This document shows positions 10,735 through 21,300 of a DNA stretch of 64,000 nucleotides, one piece after another (the first letter of the stretch is position 1; each line of letters starts with the position of its first letter). The notes below the pieces were generated by a model. The model was not told the DNA's origin and did not search any database. It was given only the letters and a program-made list of their open reading frames with translations. Source of the DNA: an uncultured Methylomirabilota bacterium (lineage in GTDB: Bacteria > Methylomirabilota > Methylomirabilia > Methylomirabilales > 2-02-FULL-66-22). The DNA is taken from assembly GCA_963845565.1 (NCBI GenBank), contig CAWJSJ010000002.1, positions 384,001 through 448,000 of the forward strand, in the 5' to 3' direction. Position numbers and translations under genes: made by a program.

Positions 10735-11198
10735 CGGCGCCGGCTCCGCCAGCCGTCCACTCCCCAGTAATCCCCCGCGGCGCCGATCAAGACGACCAGC
10801 AGGAGGATGATGAAGTCCTTGTCGTGGGCCGCGGCGGGATTGGCCCAGCCCTTGGCGAACAGATAGTTTCCGACCATAAAGATCCCGACGCTGGCAGAGC
10901 ACCGGGTCATCGCGCCCAGGATCAGCGCGGCGCCCGCCAGCGTCTCGCCCAGCGAAGTCAGGACGGCGAAGAGGTGCTCGTGAGGGATGACCACTGTGGC
11001 GAGCCACTCCTTGTACCAGGCATGCGGGGTCCCCTCGGCGAACCGCTGGAGCTGTGGAAGCAGCACCCCGCCCTGCAGGAAACCCCGCTGGATCTTCGCG
11101 ATCCCCGTCATCACCAGCCAATAGCCGACGTAGAGGCGCGCCACCACCAGGGCAATCCCGGGCATGTGCGCGGCCCACCCACTCGCGAGACGAGACAT
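10731..11198 (-). CDS. DoxX family membrane protein
   Basis: ARLYVG...GIAKI, GETLAGAALILGAMTR and GAAGDYWGVD motifs; four TM helices. Confidence 0.85.
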   Translation of the reverse strand: MSRLASGWAAHMPGIALVVARLYVGYWLVMTGIAKIQRGFLQGGVLLPQLQRFAEGTPHAWYKEWLATVVIPHEHLFAVLTSLGETLAGAALILGAMTRCSASVGIFMVGNYLFAKGWANPAAAHDKDFIILLLVVLIGAAGDYWGVDGWRSRRR

Positions 11199-11637
11199 GG
11201 CACCCCCCTCCTACCAGGGGCGAGGATCGCTCAGCACCCGCGTGATCTCATCCTTGGTGTGGAGCGATGGTGGATGCACGGGGCCCCTCGGGGTCTTGCG
11301 ATTTGCACGCCTGGAGGCAAGGATACACCGGGTATGCCTCAACGGCAACCCGCCGGTTGCTCTCGCTCCGTCGCCAGGGCGCGAAGGCGATTGCCTGGAA
11401 ACCCGGTTTTGTCGTATGATGAGGCGTTGTCGCCGTCGGTTTCCCGCGCGGGATGCCGGCGCCGACCCCCCTCCGGCCGCAAGATCGGCCGCAAGATCGT
11501 GCTTGACGCCGGCGTGGAGAGGCAATACCTTCGTGTCCGTTTCGCCGGGCGATCCCGGCATCAACTCGCACAGGGGCAGCTCGCGGTGGGAAGCAGGCCG
11601 CCTGCGTGCACGGCGGCCGACGGGCCGAGGAGTGATC

Positions 11638-12531
11638 ATGAAGATCAGTTGTTGTTGGCTGTTCGCGATTTCCAAGTACGGCTACCCGCCAAGCCTTCCC
11701 AACACCCATCGAGCGCTCGCAGAGATTGCCGCCCTTGGGTTCACGAGCGTCGAACTCGAAGGGGTGGGCGAAGAGAACCTCCGCGCCGTGTCCGAGGCGC
11801 GCCAGGATCTCAAGGCGCGCTGCGACGGCCTGGGACTCAAGGTCGTGAATTTCTGTCCGGTTCTCCCGGACTTGGTCCATCCGGAGAAGGCCCGGCGGAT
11901 CCAGGCCCTGGACCTCTTCAAGCTGGGGGTCGAGACGGCAAACTTCTTCGGCTGCGAGATGGTGCAGACGATCAGCTCCACCCCGCCCCTGGCGTTTGTG
12001 GGCGACGCGCCCTACAAGGATGCCCTGGCCTACGGTCAGCGGTATCAGGTGAAGGTGGACCCGGCCTTTAGCTGGGATTCCCTGTGGGGTTGGCTCACCG
12101 ACAGCATGGGGGCCTGTGCCGACGAGGCCGATCGGGCCGGGCTCAGACTGTGCCTGGAGCCGCGCGTCGGGGAGATCATCAGCAACACCGACGGGCTTCT
12201 GCGCCTCATGGAGGCGGTGGACTCGGACAACTTCGGCGCCGTGCTGGATACCGGCCACCTGAATGCCCAGAAAGAGATTCTGCCGCTCAGCGTCGAGAAG
12301 CTGGGGAGCCGGATCTACTACGTCCATGCCTCGGACAACGACGGCCAGACCAACCAGCACCTCGCGCCCGGCCGAGGCACCGTGGACTGGGACGGCGTCT
12401 TCGCGGCCCTCAAGAAGCACGGCTTCTCCGGGCATGTGGCCGTGGACGTGGGCAACGTCCCCGACGTGGACGCCCAGTACAAAGAATCCAAGGCGTTCCT
12501 CGAGAGCCTGGCGTCGCGCCTGGGTCTTTAG
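11638..12531 (+). CDS. Sugar phosphate isomerase/epimerase (AP_endonuc_2 TIM barrel)
   Basis: LCLEP, LDTGH, HASDNDG and HLAPGRG motifs; GAGGAG RBS. Confidence 0.88.
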   Translation: MKISCCWLFAISKYGYPPSLPNTHRALAEIAALGFTSVELEGVGEENLRAVSEARQDLKARCDGLGLKVVNFCPVLPDLVHPEKARRIQALDLFKLGVETANFFGCEMVQTISSTPPLAFVGDAPYKDALAYGQRYQVKVDPAFSWDSLWGWLTDSMGACADEADRAGLRLCLEPRVGEIISNTDGLLRLMEAVDSDNFGAVLDTGHLNAQKEILPLSVEKLGSRIYYVHASDNDGQTNQHLAPGRGTVDWDGVFAALKKHGFSGHVAVDVGNVPDVDAQYKESKAFLESLASRLGL

Positions 12532-12745
12532 CCGGCCGCCGATGTGACGACCTGGCCATCCGGCAATCGGGCACCCGCCCGATTGCCGGATGGCCTTCTG
12601 ACATCTCGCACCCCTTCTTCGCTCTCCACACTCGGCTCTTGGCTCTCGGCTCTCTTCGCTCGTTCCCCCTTGCGCACTCCGTCTTGCCCTGCTAGCGTTC
12701 CCGTCGTATCCGGTGCCGATCTCGACCCATGCTTGAGGGGGTGCC

Positions 12746-12997
12746 GTGCCGTTTGCTTTTTACGAACGCCTGACGCGACACCAGCAGCGAGTGTATCGGC
12801 AAAGCGACGGTGTGGCCCACGTCGCTCTCCCGCGCGCGTCTGACCTTCGCCCTGTGACGGACACCCTCCACCTGGAGTACGATCTGCTGGGTCTCGCCGA
12901 CTCTTTTCACACCGAGGGCTTCTACCAGCGCGAGTCGAGCCTTGTGCGGCAACTCCTCTCGCCGGTGCCGGACAGGACGGCGCGCCCCGATGCCTGA
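12746..12997 (+). CDS. Hypothetical protein, possibly an internally deleted remnant
   Basis: AGGGG RBS; overlaps the start of the TPR gene; N-terminus MPFAFYERL and C-terminus DSFHTEGFYQRESSL look like family-conserved ends. Confidence 0.5.
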   Translation: MPFAFYERLTRHQQRVYRQSDGVAHVALPRASDLRPVTDTLHLEYDLLGLADSFHTEGFYQRESSLVRQLLSPVPDRTARPDA

Positions 12998-13475
12998 TGC
13001 GGATCGGCGCGAGCGCGCCATCGAGTTGTGGCAGCAGGCCTACGCCTGCCAGATGCGGAAGGAACTGGACGAGGCGGTCGAGTTGTACCAGGAGTCCCTC
13101 GCCCTCTTCCCGACGGCGGAAGCGCATACCTTCCTGGGGTGGACGTACAGCTTCCAGGGGCGGCTGGACGAGGCGATTGCCGAGTGCCGCAAGGCGATCG
13201 CCCTGGATCCCGACTTCGGCAATCCCTACAACGATATCGGGGTGTATCTGATCGAGCGGGGGGACCTGCAGGGGGCCATCCCGTGGCTGGAGCGGGCCAA
13301 ACGCGCGCCACGCTACGAGCCGCGGCACTTCCCGTATCTGAATCTGGGCCGAATCTACCTTCGGCAGGCGCAGTGGCCCGAGGCGCTGCGCGAACTGGAA
13401 GCCGCAGCGCGCCTCGCGCCCGGCGATCCGGGGACGCGCAAGATGCTCCACGAGCTTCGCGCGCGTTTTAACTGA
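12990..13475 (+). CDS. Tetratricopeptide repeat protein
   Basis: TPR units AHTFLGW...AIALDP, PYNDIGV and PYLNLGRIY. Confidence 0.9.
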   Translation: MPDADRRERAIELWQQAYACQMRKELDEAVELYQESLALFPTAEAHTFLGWTYSFQGRLDEAIAECRKAIALDPDFGNPYNDIGVYLIERGDLQGAIPWLERAKRAPRYEPRHFPYLNLGRIYLRQAQWPEALRELEAAARLAPGDPGTRKMLHELRARFN

Positions 13476-13493
13476 CCGCGGCTTCGGCCGCGG

Positions 13494-13601
13494 GGCAATT
13501 CGGCAACTAGGCGATTTGGCCATTCGGCACGTGGGCCCCCAATTGCCAGTCGCCAGTCGCCCAGTTGCCCAGTTGCCGATTCACCAAGTTCCCCGATCGC
13601 C
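13494..13601. repeat. Degenerate 7-8-nt tandem repeats in inverted arrangement
   Basis: GGCAATTC/GGCAACTA/GGCGATTT... facing TTGCCAG/TCGCCAG/TTGCCCAG units. Confidence 0.6.
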
Positions 13602-13619
13602 TACTCACGGAGACCCCCG

Positions 13620-16600
13620 ATGACCGCGTCCACGGACCCCTCCCGTCAAACCAACCGACTGATCCACGAGACCAGTCCGTATCTTCTCCAGCACGCCCAC
13701 AACCCGGTGGACTGGTATCCCTGGGGTGCGGAGGCGCTGGCGCGAGCCAAGGCCGAGAACAGACCGATTTTGCTCAGCATCGGCTATTCGGCGTGCCATT
13801 GGTGCCACGTGATGGAGCGCGAATCATTCGAGGATGAGGCCGTCGCATCCCTCATGAACCGGCACTTCGTGAACATCAAGGTGGACCGCGAAGAGCGTCC
13901 CGACCTGGACGACATTTACATGGCCGCCACGCTGGCGCTGAACCACGGACAGGGCGGCTGGCCCATGACGGTGTTCCTCACCCCGGATCAGCGGCCGTTC
14001 TTCGCGGGGACCTACTTCCCCCCGCGGGACGGATTCGGGCGGCCCGGCTTCTCGACCCTCCTCACCCAGATCGCCGATCTGTGGGATCGGCGGCGGCCCG
14101 ACCTCGTCCTGCAGGCGGAGACGCTCACCGCGCACCTCCGCGAGCGGGCCGTGTCCGTCCCGGGTGGAAACGTCGGCGAGGCGGAGATACGTGCCGCCGT
14201 GCAGGAACTGGCCGCCGGGTTCGACCCGACCTACGGGGGATTCGGGCCCGCGCCCAAGTTCCCCCCGGCCGCGCAGATCTCGCTTCTCCTCCGACACCAC
14301 CGGCGGACCGGTGACGCTGCCGCCCTGGCCATGGCGACCAAGACCCTGGATGGCATGGCCCAGGGCGGGATGTATGACCAGATCGGCGGCGGCTTTGCCC
14401 GCTACTCCACGGATGAGCGGTGGCTGGTCCCCCACTTCGAGAAGATGCTGTACGACAACGCCCTGCTCGCGAAGACCTTCCTGGAGGGCTACCAGGTCAC
14501 GGGGGGCGCCTTCTATGCCCGGATCGCCCGCGAGATCCTGGAGTACATCCTGCGGGAGATGGTCGGCCCCGAGGGCGGGTTCTATTCGGCGACCGATGCC
14601 GACTCGGAGGGCGAGGAGGGCAAGTTCTTTGTCTGGACGCCGGCCGAGGTGGAGGCGGTCCTGGGCCCCGAAGAGGGCGGCCGGCTCTGCGCCTTTTTCG
14701 ACATCACCGACGAAGGCAACTGGGAGGGCAAGAGCATCCCGCATACGCCGCGCTCCGTGGAGCGTGTCGCCGCCCGTCTCGGGGTCGCCGTGGAGGCATT
14801 CCGAAAGAGCCTGGAGGACGGCCGGGCTCGGCTGTACGAGGCCCGCCGACAGCGGGTTCCGCCCGGGTTGGACGACAAGGTCCTCACGGCCTGGAACGGG
14901 ATGATGCTGGGGGCGATGGCGGAGGGCGCGCGGGTCCTCGGTGAGTCCCGCTATCTGGCGGCCGCCGCGCGCGCGGCGGATTTTCTGTTGGCCGTACTGC
15001 GGCGGCCCGACGGCCGGCTGCTCCGGACCTATCGCGCGGGGAAGGCCCACCTGGAAGCGTATCTCGAAGACTATGCCTTCCTGGCCGAAGGCCTTGTGGA
15101 CCTGTACGAGGCGGGCGGCGACAGTCGCTACCTCCGGGACGCCACGGGCCTTGCCGAGCGAATCCTGGCGGACTTCGGGGATCGGGCGGGCGGTTTCTTC
15201 GATACAGCGCAGGACCACGAGGCGCTCATCGTCCGGCACAAGGACGGCGCCGACGGCGCCGTCCCCAGCGCCAACGCCGTGGCCGCCTCGGTGCTCGCCC
15301 GGCTGTCCTGCCACCTGGACCGAGCCGACTTCCGGGAAGCCGCCGTCGGCGCCATCCAGGCCTACGGCCGGCCCATCGGCCAGCACCCGCGGGCCTTCTG
15401 CCGGAGTCTGGCGGTCGTGGACTTTCTCTTGGAGGGTCCGGTCGAGGTGGCCCTCGTCGGGGCGCCCGGTGCGGTGGGATTCGAGGCGCTCCGCGGCGCT
15501 CTCGCCCGACAGTTTCTTCCCAACCGGATCATCGCGCACCACGACCCTGCCGGTACGCCGACACCCGACTTGCCGCTGCTGCGCGGGAAGAGCCTCGTCG
15601 ATGGGAAGGCGGCGCTCTACATCTGCCGGAACTTCGCCTGCCAGACGCCGGTGACGGATCCCGCGAACCTGGCTCCGGCGCTGGATGCTCGGACGGGCGC
15701 GGCGCCCGACCAGGCGCGGGCCGGCATCGCGGCGCGGCTGGCGGGGCGGGCCACTGCCGAACGCACGGCGGCGCGCGCGGCTCGGTTCGTCGCCGCAGGT
15801 CTCGTGCAGGGCTACGGCCCCCTCGGGAGCACCGGCCTCGCCGTCAGCCGCCTCGGTTTCGGCTGCTACCGCGTGGACGACGAGACGCCCGACCATCGCG
15901 CCGCCTTGATCCAGGCCCTCCTCGATGGCTGCAACCTCATCGACACCTCGACGAACTATATGGACGGGGAGAGCGAGCGGCTGGTGGGCTCGGTCTTCGC
16001 CGAGCTCTCCCGCGACGGCCGCGTCGCCCGGGAGGAAGTGGTGGTCGTCTCCAAGATCGGCTACGTCCAGGGCCAGAACCTCGCCCTGGCCAAGGAGCGC
16101 GAGGCGGCAGGCACCCCGTTTCCGGAAATGGTCAAGTACCTGGACGGCTGCTGGCACTGCATCCATCCGGAGTTCTTGCAGGATCAACTCGCCCGCTCGC
16201 TGGAGCGCCTGCAACTCGACAGTCTGGATGTCTGCCTGCTCCATAATCCGGAGTATTTCTTTTCGGACGCGAAGCACCGGCGGACGGGGCGGACCGACGC
16301 GTTGCGCGACGAGTTCTACCGCCGTCTCCGCGATGCCTTTGCCTTCTTCGAAACCCAGGTGGCCGCGGGGCGGATCGGCTGGTACGGTGTCTCCTCCAAC
16401 ACGGCGGGGATCCGACCGGAGGATCCGGAAGCCACCTCGCTCTCACGGATGCTGGAGGCCGCCGTGGCGGCGGGCGGCCCGGATCACCATTTCCGGGTCG
16501 TGCAGGCGCCCTTGAACCTCTTCGAATCCGGCCCGGTCCGTCAGCCGAACACCGGCCCGGAGGCGAGCCGCACGCTCTCGGCGTTGGCGGCCGAGGTGGG

Positions 16601-17276
16601 GATCGCAGTGCTCACGAACCGCCCCCTCAACGCCTACGCCGGGCAGACGCTGATTCGCCTGGCCGACGTCCCGGAGATCGAAGAGATGGGAGCCGCAGCG
16701 CCTGACGAGGCGCTGGCGCAGGTGGCCGCCCTGGAGGAAGAGTTTCGCGCCACCATCGGTTCGCGCTTGCGCGTGCCCGACGGCGGGGCCTCGCCCAACG
16801 ATTGGTTCCGCTGGGCGGATCAGCTCCGCGCCATGACCGGGCAGCTCCAGGGGCTGGACCACTGGCAGCAGGTCGAAGAACACATGATCTCGCCGGCGGT
16901 CGGCCAGCTCGTCCAGATGCTGGACCAGTCCTTGAGCGGACCGATCCAGGAAACCTGGCGGTCCTGGCTGGAGCGGTACCTCCCGGCGCTCGACCTCCTG
17001 CTCCAGGCCTTCCGCGCCCGGGCGGCTCGGCAGAGCCAGGCGATGAGCAACCGCGTGACCGCCGGGCTGAACCCGCTCCTCCCGCTCGCTCGGCGGGGCG
17101 AGTCCTTGTCCCGGAAATCGCTCTGGGTCCTGGCCAGCACCCCGGGCGTGAGCACGGTCCTCCTGGGCATGCGGCATCCCGACTACGTGTCGGACGGCAT
17201 GGAGATCCTGAAGTGGGCGCCGCTGGGGGATTCCCGAAAGATCTATGACGCGATGGCTGAGGTCCGCGCGGGCTGA
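13620..17276 (+). CDS. YyaL/SPATA20 thioredoxin + six-hairpin domain protein fused to an aldo/keto reductase
   Basis: N-terminal [43 protein letters not shown]-terminal [23 protein letters not shown]. Confidence 0.9.
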   Translation: MTASTDPSRQTNRLIHETSPYLLQHAHNPVDWYPWGAEALARAKAENRPILLSIGYSACHWCHVMERESFEDEAVASLMNRHFVNIKVDREERPDLDDIYMAATLALNHGQGGWPMTVFLTPDQRPFFAGTYFPPRDGFGRPGFSTLLTQIADLWDRRRPDLVLQAETLTAHLRERAVSVPGGNVGEAEIRAAVQELAAGFDPTYGGFGPAPKFPPAAQISLLLRHHRRTGDAAALAMATKTLDGMAQGGMYDQIGGGFARYSTDERWLVPHFEKMLYDNALLAKTFLEGYQVTGGAFYARIAREILEYILREMVGPEGGFYSATDADSEGEEGKFFVWTPAEVEAVLGPEEGGRLCAFFDITDEGNWEGKSIPHTPRSVERVAARLGVAVEAFRKSLEDGRARLYEARRQRVPPGLDDKVLTAWNGMMLGAMAEGARVLGESRYLAAAARAADFLLAVLRRPDGRLLRTYRAGKAHLEAYLEDYAFLAEGLVDLYEAGGDSRYLRDATGLAERILADFGDRAGGFFDTAQDHEALIVRHKDGADGAVPSANAVAASVLARLSCHLDRADFREAAVGAIQAYGRPIGQHPRAFCRSLAVVDFLLEGPVEVALVGAPGAVGFEALRGALARQFLPNRIIAHHDPAGTPTPDLPLLRGKSLVDGKAALYICRNFACQTPVTDPANLAPALDARTGAAPDQARAGIAARLAGRATAERTAARAARFVAAGLVQGYGPLGSTGLAVSRLGFGCYRVDDETPDHRAALIQALLDGCNLIDTSTNYMDGESERLVGSVFAELSRDGRVAREEVVVVSKIGYVQGQNLALAKEREAAGTPFPEMVKYLDGCWHCIHPEFLQDQLARSLERLQLDSLDVCLLHNPEYFFSDAKHRRTGRTDALRDEFYRRLRDAFAFFETQVAAGRIGWYGVSSNTAGIRPEDPEATSLSRMLEAAVAAGGPDHHFRVVQAPLNLFESGPVRQPNTGPEASRTLSALAAEVGIAVLTNRPLNAYAGQTLIRLADVPEIEEMGAAAPDEALAQVAALEEEFRATIGSRLRVPDGGASPNDWFRWADQLRAMTGQLQGLDHWQQVEEHMISPAVGQLVQMLDQSLSGPIQETWRSWLERYLPALDLLLQAFRARAARQSQAMSNRVTAGLNPLLPLARRGESLSRKSLWVLASTPGVSTVLLGMRHPDYVSDGMEILKWAPLGDSRKIYDAMAEVRAG

Positions 17277-17393
17277 GTCCGCCCGCAGGATGGGCGCGGG
17301 AGCCGTTCCCGCGTTCCATCGGGCGCCCGAGCCGTTCCGGGCGCCCTGAGCCTGACCGGCGCCGTCCGGTCATCACCAAGGAGGGGGAACAGC

Positions 17394-18236
17394 ATGGCAA
17401 AGAAGGCGTTGCTCGTTGGCATCAACCGGTACAGGATCCCCGGCGCTGATCTGCGCGGCTGCGTTAACGACGTGAAGAACCTGCGGACCGTTCTCACCAC
17501 ATACTGCGGCTTCGCCGGAAAGGACATCAAGACCCTCACGGATTACGCTGCCACCACCAAGGCGATGCGGGACGCCATCGCGGCACTGGTGAAGGGCGCC
17601 AAGAAGGGGGACGTCCTGCTCTTGCACTACTCCGGCCACGGCGCCAACGTCCCCGACAAGAACGGCGACGAGGCCGACCGGCGTGACGAGATCCTCTGCC
17701 CCACCGACCTCGACTGGAAGGACCCGCTTCTCGACGATTGGCTGCGCACAACGTTTGACCGGTTGCCGGCCGGCGTGAACTTCACGGTCATCATGGACTG
17801 TTGCCACTCGGGCACCAACACCCGTGCCATCCTGCCCCCGGACGCGCCGGTCATCCCCCGCTACCTGCCAAACCCGTGGGATTTGATGGCCACGGAATCC
17901 GGCCGGAATCTCAGGGGCAAGGTGAAGGGGAGTCTGCGCCGGTCCACGCCCGCGCGCCGGAAGAAGGACATCGTAGCCGTGAACATCCCGGAGGTGCTCG
18001 TCACGGGCTGCCGCGACACGCAGACCTCGGCCGACGCGGAGATCGGCGGCTCGTTCAACGGCGCCCTCACCTACAACCTGGTCGCCGCGATCAAGGCGGC
18101 CCGCGGCAAACTCACGTATCGCGAACTCCACGCCGGCACCGTGAAACGCCTCAAGAAGGGCGGGTTCTCGCAGGTCCCCCAGCTTGAAGGCCGCGCTCCG
18201 AATCTTGATCGTCCCTTCCTGTCGCCCCTGGCGTGA
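17394..18236 (+). CDS. Metacaspase/orthocaspase (peptidase C14)
   Basis: ALLVGINRY and LRGCVND; catalytic dyad YSGHG (His 17637) and DCCHSG; NGALTY and QVPQLEG. Confidence 0.93.
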   Translation: MAKKALLVGINRYRIPGADLRGCVNDVKNLRTVLTTYCGFAGKDIKTLTDYAATTKAMRDAIAALVKGAKKGDVLLLHYSGHGANVPDKNGDEADRRDEILCPTDLDWKDPLLDDWLRTTFDRLPAGVNFTVIMDCCHSGTNTRAILPPDAPVIPRYLPNPWDLMATESGRNLRGKVKGSLRRSTPARRKKDIVAVNIPEVLVTGCRDTQTSADAEIGGSFNGALTYNLVAAIKAARGKLTYRELHAGTVKRLKKGGFSQVPQLEGRAPNLDRPFLSPLA

Positions 18237-18344
18237 CGCGATCCGGCCCCCGGACGGCAGCCCGTCCGGGGGCGCCCCTGCAGGACGCCGCTCCTGGGCG
18301 TCGCATCCACGTGGCTCCGGCCACGTCTCCGCGGGAGGGCCGCC

Positions 18345-21300
18345 ATGCCGCGCATCAAGAAACCATGGACCTGTCTGTTCTACCTCTGTGGGGACAACTA
18401 CCTGGCGTCGTGCGTTGAGGACGACTTTCGGGAAATCTGTGCGGCGGGCGCCTCGCCGGACACGCATATCGCTCTCCAGCTCGACCGACCCACCGGGGCG
18501 GCCCGTTATCTGTTCCCCGAGCGGGGACAACGGCGGGCGCCGGCGCCCGACCGCACGCTGGGCAACGTCAACACCGGCGACCCGAACGCCGCCATCGACT
18601 TCCTTACCTGGGGGATGCGTGAGTGTCCGTCCACCCGCCTGGCGGTGATCCTGTCCGGTCCCGGCCTTCCCACCATGCCCGCGGAGGGCGGGGGCGCAGA
18701 CCCAACCCAGCAGGAGCTGTTCACCCTCTTCCCCGATGAGACCTCCAAGGACGCCCTGAACGCAGCCGAGCTGCGCCATCTCTTCCAGGAATCCCTTCGG
18801 CGCGCCCGGCGGAAGCGGGTGGACGTCGTCGGCCTGGATTCTTGCTCCCACGCCTTCTTGGAGGTGGCCTACCAGCTCGAAGGCCTGGCCGACGTCCTGG
18901 TGGCGTCGCAGACCTTCCTTCCCGGCGAGGGGTGGCCGTACCAGCGCCTCTTGAATGCCTGGCGGCGGCGGCATCCCACCGACGCCGAGAGCCTGGCGCG
19001 GCTCCTGGTCTCCGAAACGATCGCCGCCTACCGGCAGCAAAAGGCTCCGCCACGGATCGCCCTCTCGGCCATCAACCTGCGGGCACTGGACCAGGTGGCC
19101 CGCTCCCTGGATACCCTCACGCTGGGGATGATGCAGTGTCTGGGCGACAAGGCGGTCCTCGGCGCGCTGCAGGACACGCGCCGGCAGTCCCAGGGGATCG
19201 AGCAGCCCCACAACGTGGACCTGATCGAGATCCTCACGCTGGCCGAGCGGATGCTCCGCCGCCGGCACGCCAGGGCCTCCAACGCCTTCGGCGAGAAGGC
19301 ACGGGCGGCCGCCCTGGCGGACCTCATTACCCGGACGCTCGCGGTGATCCGGGGCGAGGGGGGCGGCCCGCCGCTCGTCCTGGCCAACGAATCGCTGACA
19401 GAACAGCCACTTCATGGGGTCTCGATCCATTTCGCCAAGAACCTGGCCGGGTCGAACTACCTCGACCTTCGGTTCGCGCGCAAGGTCCACTGGGCCGCGC
19501 TCCTCGGCGGGATGAATCTGATCGAGGATCACCCCCGGGCCCTGTGGCGGCTGGTGAGCGCCCTCATGGCGGACACCGGCGGCGCCACCCGACAGGAGTT
19601 GATCGGCCTGATGCTGGGGCCGGATTCCGTCATGGAGAGCCTGAAGACGCAGTTTCGTGCCCTGGAGTCCCCGCCCTGCTTCACCCTCTCCCTGGAGCGG
19701 CGCGACGATCTGGTCCAGGCCGAGGCCGCACCCGCACGCGTGGAGGCCCAACGCCTGTACCGGCTGCGCCTGGAAGGAACAGACGCCGGCGCGACCGTTG
19801 CCGAGAGCACCTGCCGCGTGAACCAGCGCACCTTTGACACGGTCCTCTCCCGGCTGGAACGCGTCCTGAACGACCCCACCGCCGACGCGGAGGCCCTCCC
19901 GCAGATCGTGTCCCTCGGACGAACCCTCTGGGAAGACCTCATGTCCGATGTGGGGGCGCGGCTCCATACCGCCGCGGCCCCGGTACCCTTGTGCGAGGCC
20001 GGGGAGTCCGACGAGGCGGCGGGAGATCACAGCGCGCCGCACCTTCGCCTCCAGATCGCGGCGGAACTGATGCGCCACCCGTGGGAGCTGTTGCATGACG
20101 GGGAGGAGCTGCTCGGGCTCCGCTACGCCCTGGGCCGCCAGGTGTTCATGAACGCACCGACCCTGCGGCAGGCGCGGCGTCGGACGGCGCCGGCGATTCG
20201 CGTCCTGGTCATCGGCGACCCCGCCTTTTCCCCCGCCTTCCTGGATGACCTCCGCCGCCAGAAGCGGCCGGTCCCCCCACAGCTCCCCGCGGCGCGCGCC
20301 GAGGCCCAGCGAGTCGTCCAAGAGTTCGAGCGACTGCGGGATGAATTGGCCGGCCTCCCGCCGCTGCAGGTCGAGGCGGTGGTGGGCGAAGCCCTCAGCG
20401 TGACCGAGATGCGCGAGCGGTTACGCGACGGCTATCACATCATCCACTTCGCCGGCCACGGCGTCTTCCGGAGGGGCGACCCCGAGACGAGCGCCTGGCT
20501 GCTCTCCGACGGGGAGCTCTGGGCGCGAGAGATCCGGAACACCTTGGCAGGACTGGAGGAGCCGCCCTGGCTCATCTTCGCCAACGCCTGCGAGGCCGGG
20601 ATGGACGCCGGGACGCCGGCCAGCCGCTACCAGGGGGACGTCTTCGGCCTGGCCACCGCCTGCATCAACCAGGGCGTGGCGGCGTATATCGCTCCACTCT
20701 GGCCGGTGCAGGATGTCTTGGCGGCCGACCTCGCCGCCGAGTTCTACCGGGAGCTGGTCTTGTATCGCACCAGCGTCGGGGAGGCGTTGCGCCGGGCGAA
20801 GGTCCGTGCTCGCGGGGGCAAGAGTGGCGGAGATGCTCGGCAGCTCACCTGGGCCAGTTTCGTCCTCTACGGGGATCCGACCCAGCAGCTGCTGCGAAGC
20901 CTGTGGTCGGGGTCCGCCCAGCCGGCCAAGCCGACACAGGCGGCGCCCGCCTCCCGGACCTCGGAAGAGCAGGTCCGGGCATTGGTGGCGGGCCCGGGGA
21001 TGCGGAGCCTGCGGACCGATGGGACGCGCGGTGCGCCCGGCCTCCCGGCGGGCGAGGTGGCTCTGCAGTTGGTCGAAAAGAACGGGGTGCGCTTCTGGCA
21101 GGCCCTCTCGGGCGACGAGGTGCGCCCGCTCGGGATCGGGGCCAAGCTATCCGACGGGGCAGCCGCAGGAGACCGCGGTCTCCTGGATGTCCTTCGCGTC
21201 GTGGGAACCTGGGCCGTGGGAACGGTCACCGGAAGAACGCAGAGCCTGATCACCGCCCTGGCCCGACAGTACGATCAGGACACCGTCCCCGAGCAGCGTC

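Noticed and set aside
12990..13475. TPR protein as the sensor of the caspase/CHAT pair
   Set aside because: It is separated by a 3.6-kb gene and looks like a generic stand-alone TPR; only strand co-orientation links them.
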